Assembly (NCBI GenBank): GCA_965279035.1 | Contig: OZ257142.1 | Location: 3,584,001 to 3,648,000 of the forward strand | Direction of reading: 5' to 3' | DNA length: 64,000 nt | Source of the DNA: Bacteroidia bacterium | Lineage (GTDB): Bacteria > Bacteroidota > Bacteroidia > M30B66 | Part shown: positions 1 to 11,800 of the stretch, in pieces | How positions within the stretch are numbered: the first letter of the stretch is position 1 | How the letters are laid out: each line of letters opens with the position of its first letter | Position numbers and translations under genes: made by a program | Notes under the pieces: generated by a model | Database searches by the model: none | What the model saw: the letters and a program-made list of their open reading frames with translations, nothing else | Told to the model about the DNA's origin: nothing

Positions 1-768
1 AAGGCGCGTTTCGAACAACAACTCGTTAGTCGCGTCGATATTAACCGCAGCGAAAACCTAAAAAATAGCAACCTGCAACAAACTTTATCGCTTCGATCAA
101 ATTTGCAAGTGGCTCGACAAAACCTCTGCATCATATTGGGACTTTCACCCAATACAGATATTCAAATAGATGATCAACTCAGTAAATATGCAGAACTCAA
201 CTTAGCAAACTTGCCCGAAATAAAACCTGAAAATCGACCTTCCTATCTAGCAACAATGAAAGCCGAAGAAGCCGCTCGTTGGAAAATGCGTCAAAATGCA
301 TATGCTGCTTTACCAAAACTTTCAATAAATTCGAAATATACATTTGCCAATCAAACCAACCGATTATTCAGTGGCGCAGGTACCAATTTCGATTATGGAA
401 CAGTAGGAATGAGTTTAAATGTTCCCCTTTTTAAAGGTCGTAGTACCGCTTTACAAACGCGCAAATCGCGCATTCAACTTGATCTTGCACGGATTCAAAA
501 AGAACAACAGTTGCTCAGCTCAAATTCCGAAATTATGGAATGGCAAACGCGACTTCGTGAAAAAGAACAAGCACGTTCGCTCGCTGCTTCTCGCGATGCC
601 AATGCTGCACAAAATCTTGATCTTTCCTTTCAATCATATGATCAAGGTGTAATTACACTCGATCAATTATTTACCATTTATAACGAATATGTTCAAGCCC
701 GCAATAGTTATTTGCAGGCTATGAGCGATGGGGCGCTATATCGAACGTATTTGGAATTAGAAAAATAA
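1..768 (+). CDS. TolC-family outer membrane efflux protein, 5'-truncated by the window edge
   Basis: Frame is open from base 1 (KARFEQQLVSRVD...). TolC-like segments 'ALPKLSINSKY', 'GMSLNVPLFKG', 'SYDQGVITLDQL'. Confidence 0.85.
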   Translation, partial: KARFEQQLVSRVDINRSENLKNSNLQQTLSLRSNLQVARQNLCIILGLSPNTDIQIDDQLSKYAELNLANLPEIKPENRPSYLATMKAEEAARWKMRQNAYAALPKLSINSKYTFANQTNRLFSGAGTNFDYGTVGMSLNVPLFKGRSTALQTRKSRIQLDLARIQKEQQLLSSNSEIMEWQTRLREKEQARSLAASRDANAAQNLDLSFQSYDQGVITLDQLFTIYNEYVQARNSYLQAMSDGALYRTYLELEK

Positions 769-791
769 TTCAAACTATCAATCAAAGAATC

Positions 792-2216
792 TTATTTATC
801 AGTTGATTTTCTATCCACCGAAAACCAAGAATATTCTTCCTCCCCTTTTCTAGCTTTGTCATAATCGGGTGGTGTTACCAACGATACTGGCGCTCCACCC
901 ATATTCAAAAATTGTGATTTATAGAGCGTATAATTCATTCCATCCCAATGCAAAGCCCCTCGCCAATATTGTACACTCTGGAATAAATTCAATAAAATGA
1001 ACATGGTAATAAGAGAGACAAACGAATAACGGATGGTATTTTTAAATGCTAAAATTTTCTCCAACATCACAGCTAAAGGGAAAGCCCACAATGCATACAT
1101 ATCGATATATGCTCTTAATCCAAATGAGCCACCATACCACCAACACCACCAGGAGCTTACGATATAAATATTCAACATAGTAAATACCCAAATGGTCCAT
1201 TTTAAACCAGGCAATCGATTTCTAAGAAAGAATAAACCTATAAATGACATTGCCATTAATGGTGTATAAATAAATAATCCTTTTCGAAAACTAAATAAAG
1301 TCTCAAGCACTCGTGGATGTTGAAAAAAGAATGACTCTGATTCACCATAGGAATAATATAACCATTCACCTGTTACCCCCTTCCAATAAATTAACTGCGG
1401 AATCCAAACTATTAGAATGCATATTCCAACTATGAATACTCGAGATAAATGAGTACGTATATACTGAATTTTAGCACACAAGCTTTCCGAATCATGTACC
1501 GAAAATAATAATGGTACTAAACCTATAAGGACGTTGGATGGCCGAATTAATGTAACCAATCCTATTGTCAAACCCAATAAAATACTAGTATTCCAACTTG
1601 CATTCTTATGCCACTTAATTGTTAAATAAATAATGAATGTGAATAAAAAGAAATTCGCTGCATGGGGCATTGCCGCTTCATGCACCGAATAATAAAACAA
1701 ATTGGTTCCCAAGGCAAGAATGAATATCGTTGCAGAAGTAACTTGTTCATTGAAATATTCTAGCAGTATTTTCCGAAGAAAATAAATGCCTAATAGCATG
1801 TAAACAAATCCACTCAACGACAGGAAAAATAAATAGGGTTCACTAAAACCATCTACAGGATAATCGAATAGTTTGGCTACAATATGTCCTAAAATAAAAA
1901 ATGGGAAATAAAGAAAACTCATCCCCATACTCATTTTAAAAACATGTCCACCATTGGGTGAAATTAGAAACCAATAATGTCGTGAATACTGCACATTAGG
2001 ATGATAAACAAATTTCAATTCAGGATCATGATCTATAATGATTGCTGGCAGATAACCGTAGTAATAATGAATGTCGTTATTTAGAATATCCGGGCTACGA
2101 TGAAACAGCTTGGGCGCTAGAATAAACAACAAGCAAACAAGTGCACACAGTAGAATCGTAAAATAACTCAAGCTGAATTTAGATGCCATTGTTGTGGAAC
2201 TTCGAATGAAAATCAA
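792..2216 (-). CDS. Polytopic membrane GT-C-fold (GT39/PMT-like) glycosyltransferase
   Basis: About 10-12 hydrophobic segments, 'DIHYYYGYLP' after the first TM, 'LIRPSN', 'WWYGGSFGLR'. Alternative ATG at 2189. Confidence 0.7.
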   Translation of the reverse strand: MIFIRSSTTMASKFSLSYFTILLCALVCLLFILAPKLFHRSPDILNNDIHYYYGYLPAIIIDHDPELKFVYHPNVQYSRHYWFLISPNGGHVFKMSMGMSFLYFPFFILGHIVAKLFDYPVDGFSEPYLFFLSLSGFVYMLLGIYFLRKILLEYFNEQVTSATIFILALGTNLFYYSVHEAAMPHAANFFLFTFIIYLTIKWHKNASWNTSILLGLTIGLVTLIRPSNVLIGLVPLLFSVHDSESLCAKIQYIRTHLSRVFIVGICILIVWIPQLIYWKGVTGEWLYYSYGESESFFFQHPRVLETLFSFRKGLFIYTPLMAMSFIGLFFLRNRLPGLKWTIWVFTMLNIYIVSSWWCWWYGGSFGLRAYIDMYALWAFPLAVMLEKILAFKNTIRYSFVSLITMFILLNLFQSVQYWRGALHWDGMNYTLYKSQFLNMGGAPVSLVTPPDYDKARKGEEEYSWFSVDRKSTDK

Positions 2217-3457
2217 CCAAAAAATACATACGCCAACACAATGGAAGTGATAATTCCAATCAAATCGGCCAGCAACATGGCTGGAATCGCATAGCGTGTA
2301 TTACGAATACTTACCGCACCGAAATAAACTGCTACCACATAAAACGTTGTATCCGAAGAACCTTGCAGAATGCAGGACAATCTTCCCGGAAAAGAATCAG
2401 GACCGAAAACAGTCATTGAATCGATCATCATTCCACGTGCACCACTACCGCTCAAAGGTTTAATTAAAGCCGTTGGCAAACCATCAACAAAGCGAGTGTC
2501 GGCTCCCAACATCCCAAAAAGACTTTTCATTCCATGAATAACGGCATCAAATGTTCCGCTAGTTCTGAGCATACTAATCGCCACTAAAATCCCAACCAAA
2601 TAAGGAATAATGCGGATTGAGGTTTCAAAACCACCTTTTGCTCCATCCACAAATGCATCAAAAATGTTGATCTTTTTATACAATCCTCCACCAACAATGA
2701 GCACAAAAATGAGGAGAATAATCCCATTACTCAACATAGCTGAGAATCCTTGCACAGCCATCGAATCCAGTGAATGAATATAAATTACAAGCAAGGTTAT
2801 AAGTGATGAAATTCCTCCTATCCAAGCTAAAATAATTGGCTGTAGTATCCGTATTTTTTGCTTCCACGAAACAATCAACATCGCCGAAATGGTTGCGATG
2901 AACGTAGCAATCATGCATGGAACAAATATGTCGGTTGGACTTTGAGCATGAAGTGCCGCGCGTGCCGCAATAATACTTACCGGGATTAAAGTTAAACCCG
3001 ATGCATGCAAACACAGAAACATGATTTGAGCATTGCTAGCAGTGGTTTTATCAGGATTTATTTCTTGCAAACTCTCCATCGACTTAATACCAAATGGAGT
3101 AGCTGCATTGTCGAGCCCTAACAGATTCGCCGAAAAATTCATCATCATATGTCCCATCGCTGGATGTCCTTTGGGAATCTCAGGAAACAGTCGACTGAAA
3201 AAAGGACCAATGAAGCGTGAAAGCAAACGAATTCCTCCAGCTTTTTCGGCTATACTCATCAATCCCATGAATAGAGCCATGATTCCAATGAGTCCGATAG
3301 CAATGCTGATTGCTGTTTTACAGGTATCGATAATGCCTATATCTGCACCCGTAACCATGCGACTGAATATCTCGGTATCTCCACCAAAGAAGCCTTTCCA
3401 TGCGGCAACCGAAATGGCAATGAGGATAAATGCTGACCAAATTCTACTTAAAGCCAT
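2213..3457 (-). CDS. Fused SpmA/SpmB nucleoside-recognition (Gate) domain membrane protein
   Basis: 'ANLLGLDNAATPFG' (SpmA-like) and 'PLSGSGARG', 'GSSDTTFYVVAVYFG' (SpmB-like) in one ORF. Confidence 0.85.
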   Translation of the reverse strand: MALSRIWSAFILIAISVAAWKGFFGGDTEIFSRMVTGADIGIIDTCKTAISIAIGLIGIMALFMGLMSIAEKAGGIRLLSRFIGPFFSRLFPEIPKGHPAMGHMMMNFSANLLGLDNAATPFGIKSMESLQEINPDKTTASNAQIMFLCLHASGLTLIPVSIIAARAALHAQSPTDIFVPCMIATFIATISAMLIVSWKQKIRILQPIILAWIGGISSLITLLVIYIHSLDSMAVQGFSAMLSNGIILLIFVLIVGGGLYKKINIFDAFVDGAKGGFETSIRIIPYLVGILVAISMLRTSGTFDAVIHGMKSLFGMLGADTRFVDGLPTALIKPLSGSGARGMMIDSMTVFGPDSFPGRLSCILQGSSDTTFYVVAVYFGAVSIRNTRYAIPAMLLADLIGIITSIVLAYVFFG

Positions 3458-3610
3458 TGAAAAACCTTTGGGCTAATGTAGAAAATCGATTCTTTCGATC
3501 AGGGGAGAGTTTTACACATCCAATTGCTAACAATGCATGGGCATACCAATGAAATTCACTTATTTTGCAGCCCGTTAAACGAATTTAAAACACGAATTCC
3601 CTTCAATGCC

Positions 3611-4267
3611 ATGATGAAACTCCTGCGTTTCTATATTATATATCGCCCATTCTTTATTCTTGGACTGATTGCTTTTGGTGTGATATCGCACATTTACTTG
3701 GATACTGTTCTCGCTTGGCTATGTTATATAGCTGCACTCATTTCCATTGTATTGTATTTTATGATGGGTACCATGCGACTAGTTCAAGAATCAGTAGCAA
3801 GTGGAGATGTAGATGCTGCTTTAGCATATATCCAACATATTAAATTCCCTAAACTACTTTTCAAGCCTATTCGGATGGCGTATTACATGCTTCAAAGCAA
3901 TTTAGCGCTCGCAAGCGATGATTTAGGTAAAGCTGAAGATAATATTCGTAAGAGCTTGAAGACAAATTCAACCCTTGCCGGCGATATGAAAGGGAGCAAT
4001 CTAATGCAACTTGGATTTATCGAACTCAGAAAAGGAAATGCGAAACAAGCCCGATTGCATTTGATTGAAGCTGTGAAAATTGGAATTCCAGATAACGATA
4101 GTCTTGCTGCAACTTATCTTCAACTTTGTTCCATGGAAATTCAACGCCAAAACTATCGTGTGGCAAAGGAATATTTCAAGAAAGCAAAACAAGCTAAACC
4201 TAAAAACGAAGAAGTAATCAAACAAATTCAGCAATTGGAAAAACAAATTCCTCGACTGCCCGGTTAA
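3611..4267 (+). CDS. Membrane-anchored TPR-repeat protein
   Basis: Two N-terminal TM helices followed by TPR-like helical repeats. ATG at 3611 preferred over TTG at 3524. Confidence 0.7.
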   Translation: MMKLLRFYIIYRPFFILGLIAFGVISHIYLDTVLAWLCYIAALISIVLYFMMGTMRLVQESVASGDVDAALAYIQHIKFPKLLFKPIRMAYYMLQSNLALASDDLGKAEDNIRKSLKTNSTLAGDMKGSNLMQLGFIELRKGNAKQARLHLIEAVKIGIPDNDSLAATYLQLCSMEIQRQNYRVAKEYFKKAKQAKPKNEEVIKQIQQLEKQIPRLPG

Positions 4268-4297
4268 AATTTCACTACTTATTTCTTTCCTTCATAA

Positions 4298-4332
4298 TAA
4301 ATCCTCCTACTATTTTTAGGGGGATTTTTTTT
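4298..4332 (+). terminator. Probable intrinsic terminator
   Basis: AATCCTCCTA...TAGGGGGATT stem (one G-U pair) followed by a T run, just after the stop at 4267. Confidence 0.6.
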
Positions 4333-4561
4333 GAACTCTTATCATTTTTATAGTTAAATGAAATCAACATAGGTTAAAATCAATTTTTATGATTTTTTAT
4401 AATTCCTTTATATTAAGCTAGAATTACCGTCAATAATAGCATTCATACATTCGGCTAAACCAATTTCATGCAATTTTTCAGCAGTTTTTCATGAATTTTC
4501 ACCCGTAAGTATAGAGGTTGATTTTAAGTAATGCAAATTTGTCCTGACTTAATATTCTACT

Positions 4562-5401
4562 ATGAAAAATTCATTTAAAACAAAACTAGTTCTTCTCACA
4601 TTTCTACTGGTTTCATTGAATAAAGTAACTGGTCAAAGTATTACACTCCCCTATTCTACCGGGTTTGATACCCAAGAAGAAAAAGCAGGTTGGCAAACAT
4701 TTCATACTGGAACATTAGGCACTTCCTCTTGGGGCTATCAATCGTTTGGAGCATTTTCAGCACCTAGTTGCGTGTATCATGATTATAACGTTGGCGGTAG
4801 TGAATTGGATACCGTTGTAGATTGGTTCGTTTCTCCAGCGATTAATTTTACGCCCAATGCAACTATTACACTTTTTATTCAAAATGCTGGATTTAGCAGT
4901 CCATTTCCCGACAGTTTCGAATTGTGGTTTAGTAGTACTAATCCCAATCCTTCAAGTTCCAGTTATGAATTGATAGGAAATCTTTCCTATATGCTTCCTT
5001 TAAACCAATGGCTCGACACCACTTTTACTATTCCATTTTCTAGTCAAAACGGCTATATTGCATTGAAATACAAAACGATTGGAGCAAGTTGGTTTACACC
5101 GTCTTTTGATAATATCATCATTGAACCTGATGCATCTCAATCGATCGAAAAATCACCTATTCATTCTGAATTAAAATTATTTCCTAACCCAGCAAGTTCC
5201 CATTTTCAATTGTTCAATATACCAGTTAATTCAACAGATATAAGAATTATTGATTGTGCTGGTCGTGAAATTTGCCATATCCCAACTGAAAATAAATCAA
5301 CTATTACAATTCCAAGAAATAACACTCCTGCTGGAATTTATTTCGTTCAAGTTTATTCGTCCAATCAAAGAATTAAAACACAAAAACTAATTTTTTATTA
5401 A
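4562..5401 (+). CDS. Secreted protein with a cleaved-adhesin/choice-of-anchor-J-like domain and a T9SS type A sorting domain
   Basis: Signal peptide, 'TLPYSTGFD', 'DWFVSPAI', C-terminal 'LFPNPAS...AGIYFV...KLI'. Confidence 0.75.
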   Translation: MKNSFKTKLVLLTFLLVSLNKVTGQSITLPYSTGFDTQEEKAGWQTFHTGTLGTSSWGYQSFGAFSAPSCVYHDYNVGGSELDTVVDWFVSPAINFTPNATITLFIQNAGFSSPFPDSFELWFSSTNPNPSSSSYELIGNLSYMLPLNQWLDTTFTIPFSSQNGYIALKYKTIGASWFTPSFDNIIIEPDASQSIEKSPIHSELKLFPNPASSHFQLFNIPVNSTDIRIIDCAGREICHIPTENKSTITIPRNNTPAGIYFVQVYSSNQRIKTQKLIFY

Positions 5402-5433
5402 TCATTTTAAAGATCATTCTCAATATAGATCAA

Positions 5434-8424
5434 TCAATGAAATGTTAACTCAAATCGTGTCCCATTATTTATAGCACTTTCAACTTCAATCGACCCTCCC
5501 AAAGCTTCTAATTGTGATTTAACAAGATATAAACCTAAACCTTTCCCATCAGGATGTTTATGAAAACGCTGGTACAAGCCAAAAACTCGATCTTTAAAGC
5601 GTAAAAGATCAAATCCAATTCCATTGTCCGAATAAAATAATCGAATTCCGTTCTTCACATTTTCAGTACTTATAGAAATTTTTAGCGGCCGTTCTTCTGA
5701 TCGATAACGCAAAGAATTCGTAACTAAATTTTGTATGATACTTTCTAAATATGTTTGGTTAAAACTTACTGAAGGTGCATGTGAAAAATCAATTCGAATT
5801 TCTGGTTGAATTAAATCAATTTTCATTTTCAATTGATCAATCACTTTATTAACTACATCATCAAACAGTAATACCTGCCTTTCCATCGAAGGATTATCCT
5901 TAATTATAAGAATTTTAATTAGGTCATTAATTGTTTCATTAAGTTGATTGGTTGATGTTTGAAAACCTTTAATCAGCTTTTCAATTTGAGGATCTTTAAA
6001 TTCGAAATCCTCCATCAAATTTAATATACCAATTAAATTCGACAATGGTGCTCTTAGATTATGCGAAGTGATGTATGAAAACTGCTTTAAATCATTATTG
6101 TTTTTAGTTAATTCTTGAATTAAGAGCTCTTTGTCATGTTCCGCTTTTTTACGTTCAGTTACATCACGTTCAATAGCAATCCAATGAGTAAACCATCCTC
6201 TGGAATCAGCTACAGGCGCGATTGCCATATTCACCCAATACTCTTCACCATTCTTTCTTTTATTGATAATCTCCAATTCACAAGGCTGCCATTTTTGGAG
6301 TGATTGCTTTAATTCATCCAACTTCTCTCTTGATGAATTTTCACTCTGTAAAAACCGAGGCGTTTTACCAATGACTTCCTCACTTGTATATCCTGTCATT
6401 TTAGTAAAAGCTTCATTCACATAAATAATCTGAGGTCCAATACCATCAATCGGTTCAGCATCCGTTATTAATATAGAATCACTCGTATTAGTAATAACAG
6501 ATTCCAATAAACGTAATCTACTTTCTTCCTCTTTTTGACGTGTAATATCTTGTATTGCTCCAACCATACGCACAGATTCTCCCTGCTCATTCTTTACTAA
6601 ATATCCACGGTCAAAAACATATTTATAATTACCATTGAAGCATAAAACACGGTATTCATCTTCCCATGTTACATACTGATATTTTAAATTCTCATAAAAA
6701 CGTAGTTCTACTCGTTCTCTGTCATCAGGATGTATAATGGATTTCCAAAATTCCAAGGCATTATTTTCATCAATAGAAGCATAACCAAATAACTTCTCCA
6801 TGCCTTTGTTCCATACAATGTTATTCGTTTTCAAATCCAAATCCCAAATAACATCACTCGTTGCATCGGCTACACGATCATAGCGTTCATTACTTTCTTG
6901 AATTTTAATATTAGCTGTTTTGATAGCTGTAATATCCCAGAAATTACAAACAATAGCTTTAATATCAATATCATCAAGCATATTGGTTATAATCTTTTCG
7001 CACCAAATATAATGTCCATTTTTATGCTTAATTCTTAATTCAATTGGTTGTACCAGTTCTTCATTATTTTGGATTTTCTGTATACTTGAATTTAAACGTT
7101 CAACATCTTCAGGATGAACAAAATCTGTTTCAAACTGTCCTGTAAATTCCTCAGGACTATACCCAAGTATTTTGGTAATTGATGGTGTTCCAAATAGAAT
7201 TTTCCCCTCAGGACTTATGAGGGTTTTCATGGTTGGACTTTTCTCAATCAATACTTTAAATTGAGCACTTTGTTTCCTTAATTTCTCTTCATATTGATAT
7301 CGTTCAGTAACATTTCTATTATTCGAAACAATTCCTAAAATAGCAGGATCCTGAATCAAATTTGTTAATGTTGATTCAAACCAAACCCAAGAGCCATCAG
7401 CAGCTAAAAAACGATATGGCTTAATGACAATTTTTTTCTCATTATTTATTTTCTCCATGGATGATTTAATACGTTCTATATCATCTGGATGAATAAAATC
7501 AAATGGAGATTTTCCTAAAAAAGAATTTAATGGGTATCCGATCGAGGATTCACTATTTGGACTTATGTAGGTGAAAACACCATTTTCGTCCATGATAGAT
7601 ACAAGATCTGAACCTTCTTGTACAAGTGATTTAAATCGACTTTCACTTTCAAATAATGCCTTTTGAGTTTTTAATTGTTCGGTGATGTCATTGATTTGAA
7701 CCAATCGACCTGATTTACCATCAAAATCAAACTGATTACTTTGTACTTCTACAAAAATGATCTCTCCATTTTTCTTCAAATGACGAAAAACACCATGAAA
7801 ATAAATTTCCTTTCCCGCTGTCCGTTGAACAACATTTTCAACAAAATGTATATCTTCAGGCAATCGAATATCCCTTAAAGTCATATTGAGAAATTCGTTG
7901 CGCGAATACCCATAATGACGAATAGCCGATTTATTGACATCTAAAAATTTAAAGGTCGCAGTATCAAATACCCATAAAGGTTTAGGACTATTTAGAAACA
8001 GATTTTTATATTTCTGCTCCGATAAACGAATTTTCTCATTGATATTATTTCGCTCAATGCTATAGCGAATTGTCTTCTCCAATATCGAAGCCGACAATTC
8101 ATCCTTTAATATATAATCTGAAACACCAAGTGATACAGCCTGAATTCCAAATTTACTATTCGAATATCCAGTAAGAACAATTACAGGAATATTGGATGAA
8201 ATGGCCATGATATCTTTTACTAGCTCAACACCGCTATGATCAGGCAATGTTAAATCCAAAAGAATACACGAAAAACTCATTGGAGCAGTCATTAATTCTT
8301 TTGCTTCCTCAAATGTTATTGCCCGAATAATTTCAACATCCGGTGCAAATTCTTCAAAATAATCAACAATCAAAGTATAGTCACCTGTATTGTCTTCAAT
8401 AATTAATATCGACTTTCCTTTCAT
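5434..8424 (-). CDS. Hybrid sensor kinase: N-terminal receiver, about five PAS/PAC domains, HisKA and HATPase
   Basis: 'ILIIEDN..D', 'LLDLTLPD', repeated PAS/PAC motifs, H-box 'SHNLRAPL', 'DNGIG', 'GKGLGLYLV'. Confidence 0.92.
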   Translation of the reverse strand: MKGKSILIIEDNTGDYTLIVDYFEEFAPDVEIIRAITFEEAKELMTAPMSFSCILLDLTLPDHSGVELVKDIMAISSNIPVIVLTGYSNSKFGIQAVSLGVSDYILKDELSASILEKTIRYSIERNNINEKIRLSEQKYKNLFLNSPKPLWVFDTATFKFLDVNKSAIRHYGYSRNEFLNMTLRDIRLPEDIHFVENVVQRTAGKEIYFHGVFRHLKKNGEIIFVEVQSNQFDFDGKSGRLVQINDITEQLKTQKALFESESRFKSLVQEGSDLVSIMDENGVFTYISPNSESSIGYPLNSFLGKSPFDFIHPDDIERIKSSMEKINNEKKIVIKPYRFLAADGSWVWFESTLTNLIQDPAILGIVSNNRNVTERYQYEEKLRKQSAQFKVLIEKSPTMKTLISPEGKILFGTPSITKILGYSPEEFTGQFETDFVHPEDVERLNSSIQKIQNNEELVQPIELRIKHKNGHYIWCEKIITNMLDDIDIKAIVCNFWDITAIKTANIKIQESNERYDRVADATSDVIWDLDLKTNNIVWNKGMEKLFGYASIDENNALEFWKSIIHPDDRERVELRFYENLKYQYVTWEDEYRVLCFNGNYKYVFDRGYLVKNEQGESVRMVGAIQDITRQKEEESRLRLLESVITNTSDSILITDAEPIDGIGPQIIYVNEAFTKMTGYTSEEVIGKTPRFLQSENSSREKLDELKQSLQKWQPCELEIINKRKNGEEYWVNMAIAPVADSRGWFTHWIAIERDVTERKKAEHDKELLIQELTKNNNDLKQFSYITSHNLRAPLSNLIGILNLMEDFEFKDPQIEKLIKGFQTSTNQLNETINDLIKILIIKDNPSMERQVLLFDDVVNKVIDQLKMKIDLIQPEIRIDFSHAPSVSFNQTYLESIIQNLVTNSLRYRSEERPLKISISTENVKNGIRLFYSDNGIGFDLLRFKDRVFGLYQRFHKHPDGKGLGLYLVKSQLEALGGSIEVESAINNGTRFELTFH

Positions 8425-8430
8425 TCGGGT

Positions 8431-8862
8431 TTATTTTTTTGAAGGAAGATGAACTATAGAAATCCAGAAATCTTCAATTGAATTTACAACTTTTAAAAAA
8501 TCATCAGCATCAACAGGTTTTGTGATAAAACAATTCGCGTGATTTTTATAGGCTTCTAATATATCTTTTTCAGAAGAGGATGTAGTTAATATGATCACTG
8601 GTATATGCTTAATTTCATTATTCTTTTTAATGGAATTCAATACCTCATGCCCATTCATTTTCGGAAGATTAACATCCAATAAAATGATATCTGGTAAGAT
8701 TACATTAAAATATTGACCATTCTTTTCTAAATACTGAATTGCTTCCCAACCATTCTTTACAACAGTTACATTGTTTGCAATCTTACCTTCTGTAAGTGCT
8801 TCCAAGGTTAAAACAATGTCTCCTTCATTGTCCTCAACTAACAAAATATTGATTGGTCTCAT
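8431..8862 (-). CDS. Single-domain response regulator (Rcp1-like)
   Basis: 'ILLVEDNEGD', 'ILLDVNLPKMNGHEVL', 'IILTTSS', 'ANCFITKP', 'FW' near the C-terminus. Confidence 0.92.
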   Translation of the reverse strand: MRPINILLVEDNEGDIVLTLEALTEGKIANNVTVVKNGWEAIQYLEKNGQYFNVILPDIILLDVNLPKMNGHEVLNSIKKNNEIKHIPVIILTTSSSEKDILEAYKNHANCFITKPVDADDFLKVVNSIEDFWISIVHLPSKK

Positions 8863-11800
8863 ACGTCTATTGTTTTATGATTGTCAATTCCCTTCGGGAT
8901 AGAGAAATAAAATATAGCTCCTTTTCCTTCCTCAGAATTTACCCAAATTTTACCACCATAATTTTCTATTATCTTTTTACAAATAGCTAATCCGATTCCT
9001 GTTCCAGAATACTCATCCCGATTATGCAAGCGTTGAAATAAAATAAATATTTTATCGAAAAACTGTTCGTGAATACCAATCCCATTGTCCTTGACAGAAA
9101 AAATCCACCGATCTTTTTCTTCCACAATTCCAATATGAATGATTGGATGCGCATTATTCTGAATGTACTTTAATGAATTTCCAAGTAAATTTTGAAACAC
9201 TTGTAATAATGGTGTTCGTTGTATTTTCAATATGGGTAATGTATCATAGGTTATTATAGCTTGCTTTTCATCTATTAAATTCTTGTTCAATTTTATAGCT
9301 TCCAATAACAACTCATTTATATCAACATCTTCATATTCAAATTCCGATTTTCCTATTCGTGAAAATTCAAGTAAATCCAGAATGATTTTTCGCATTCTCA
9401 CTGCCCCATCTGTTGCAAAATAAATATATTGCTTTGCTTTATCATCGAGCTTTTCTGCATATTTTTTCTCCAACTGTGTGAGAAAACTCGTTACCATGCG
9501 CAATGGCTCCTGCAAATCATGCGATGCGATATAAGCAAACTGCTCTAATTCCGAATTCGAAATGGCAAGCTCTTTTGCACGCATCTGTAATTGACTATTT
9601 AATTTACGCAATTCCTTTTCTGTCTTTTTCAATTGCGTAATATCTTGCAATGTCCCTTCAATAAGCAGCGGACGTCCTTGTTGATCTTGCACTAAATTAC
9701 CTGTACTTAAAACTACTTTTTGCTTTTTATTCCGAAGCACCATCCGGTATTCAGCCTTAAATGGGGTTCCCGTTTTAAATAATTTTTCATGATTCTCAAT
9801 AAAACGATCAATATCTTTTGGACTTATTAAAGCCTTAAATTCTTCAAATGAAAATGAACTTTCAGTTGAAGTCAATTCACAAATAGTGTATATCTCATCC
9901 GACAAGAAATTATCTCCTCCCTGCAAATGAATTTCCCAATAACCAAGTGATGCAATTTCTTGTGCCGATTTTAATTTAGTATTCAGTTTTATTATTTCTT
10001 GCTCTGTTTTCTTACGAAACGTTATATCGCGAAATGTATTGACAATGGATGCCACCAGTGAATCATTTAATTGATTTTGAAAATTGGTTTCTATCCAATG
10101 AATTTGCCCATCAGGATGCAAATAACGATACTCATAACGAACTACTCTTTCTGGATTTTGAAGTACTTCATTAAATGCATTTCCTAATCCTTGAATATCT
10201 TCTTCATGTATTAAATCTGGCCTTACTTTTCCTTCAAATTCAGAGATATCATAACCCAAAATACGTTTACCTGAAGGACTCATATAAATCAAAGTACCGT
10301 CGGAAGCAAGTTGACATATCCCATCATGACTATTTAAAATCAAGGCTTTAAATCGAGCTTCACTTTTAGCAAGATTTTCTTCTGCTTCCTTATTAAAAGT
10401 ATGATCTTGAGTAATCATTACGACCTCAGTAATTATATTTTCTTTATTAATTAAAGGATATATAATTAATTGAATCCATCTCTTTTTCCCAGATTTACCA
10501 ATCATTTTTGGATCATACTCAAATACAGGTGTTGTAGCTACTTCTCCCGAATATGCTTTATCAACGAATACAGAAAGTCCTGAACGAATAAGAATTTCAT
10601 CCTTACGAATATTATAATCAAGAACATTTTCAATCTTATCTTCCCACAGTACTTCCCATGCAGAATTAGTACTTAAAAATTTGCCTTGTGAATCATACAT
10701 GGCAACAGGCATAGGATATTGCTCAATCATCGATCGGAATCGGTTTTCACTTTCTTGAATTTTTTTCTCCGATTTTACACGATTTGTTATATCGCGGAAG
10801 TTCGTTACGATGGATTTAATTTCCGGGATATGTAATAAATTAACTGTAGTTCCTTCTACCCATTTTAATTCACCACTTATACATTGAATTTGAAATTTTA
10901 AATCAAACACTTTTCCCGGATTAGATAGCATATCCTTCGAAATTCGATTTACCTCATCTTGAAATTCCGGTTGAACAATAGTCAATCCTCTCTTACCTAA
11001 AATCTCTAAAACAGGGATTCCTGTAATACTCTCAAATGCTGGACTTACATAGGAGAATCCTAAACTTTCATCCGAAAGAAATAACATCTCTCGACTATTC
11101 TCAAATAAATACCGGAATTTAATTTCACTGGCTTTAATTCTTTCCTCTGCCTCTTTCTTATCCGTATAATCTTGGGTTATTTGTATAACCTCTGTAATTT
11201 GATCTTGATCATTTTTTAAAGGATATAGTATTATTTGAATCCATCTTCTTTTATTAGATTTAACTGTAAGCCTTGGATTATATTCAAAAACAGGTGTAGT
11301 AACAACCTCACCAGAAAATGCCTTTTCAATATATTCCGACATTCCAGCTTCCTGCATTTTCTTATCATTTCGAATATTGTATTTTCCTTCACTCGGAGCA
11401 AGGGAATTTCCCCAAAATGTACTCAATGCAGCATTTGCACTCGTAAACACGCCAGTAGGGGTATACGTAATAACGGGCAAGGGATACTGTTCTACAATAT
11501 CTCGAAATCGTTTTTCACTCTCTTTTATTTTAATTTCAGCAAGCCTACTCTCTGTTATATCACGATAATTTGAAACAATCCCTTGGACATTCTTATCATG
11601 CAATAAATTAGTAATTGTTCCATCCAACCAAGCTAAACTTCCATTTTTACATTTTATTTTTGATAAACACCTAAATGTTTTACCTGGATTCTGAATTAAA
11701 TCCTGAAATAATTGATTCGCATTTTCAATAAAATCTGGAACAAGAAACTCTGTAACATGCCTACCAACCGATTCCTCAATTTTATATCCTGTAATTCGTT

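Noticed and set aside
2213-3457. Sporulation function for the SpmA/SpmB-like gene
   Set aside because: This membrane family is widespread in non-sporulating bacteria, and no other sporulation genes are present.
4440-4510. Repeated TTTCATG(C)AATTT upstream of the T9SS gene at 4562
   Set aside because: Could be a regulator site, but it is short, lies in very AT-rich DNA and has no adjacent regulator, so it cannot be told from chance.
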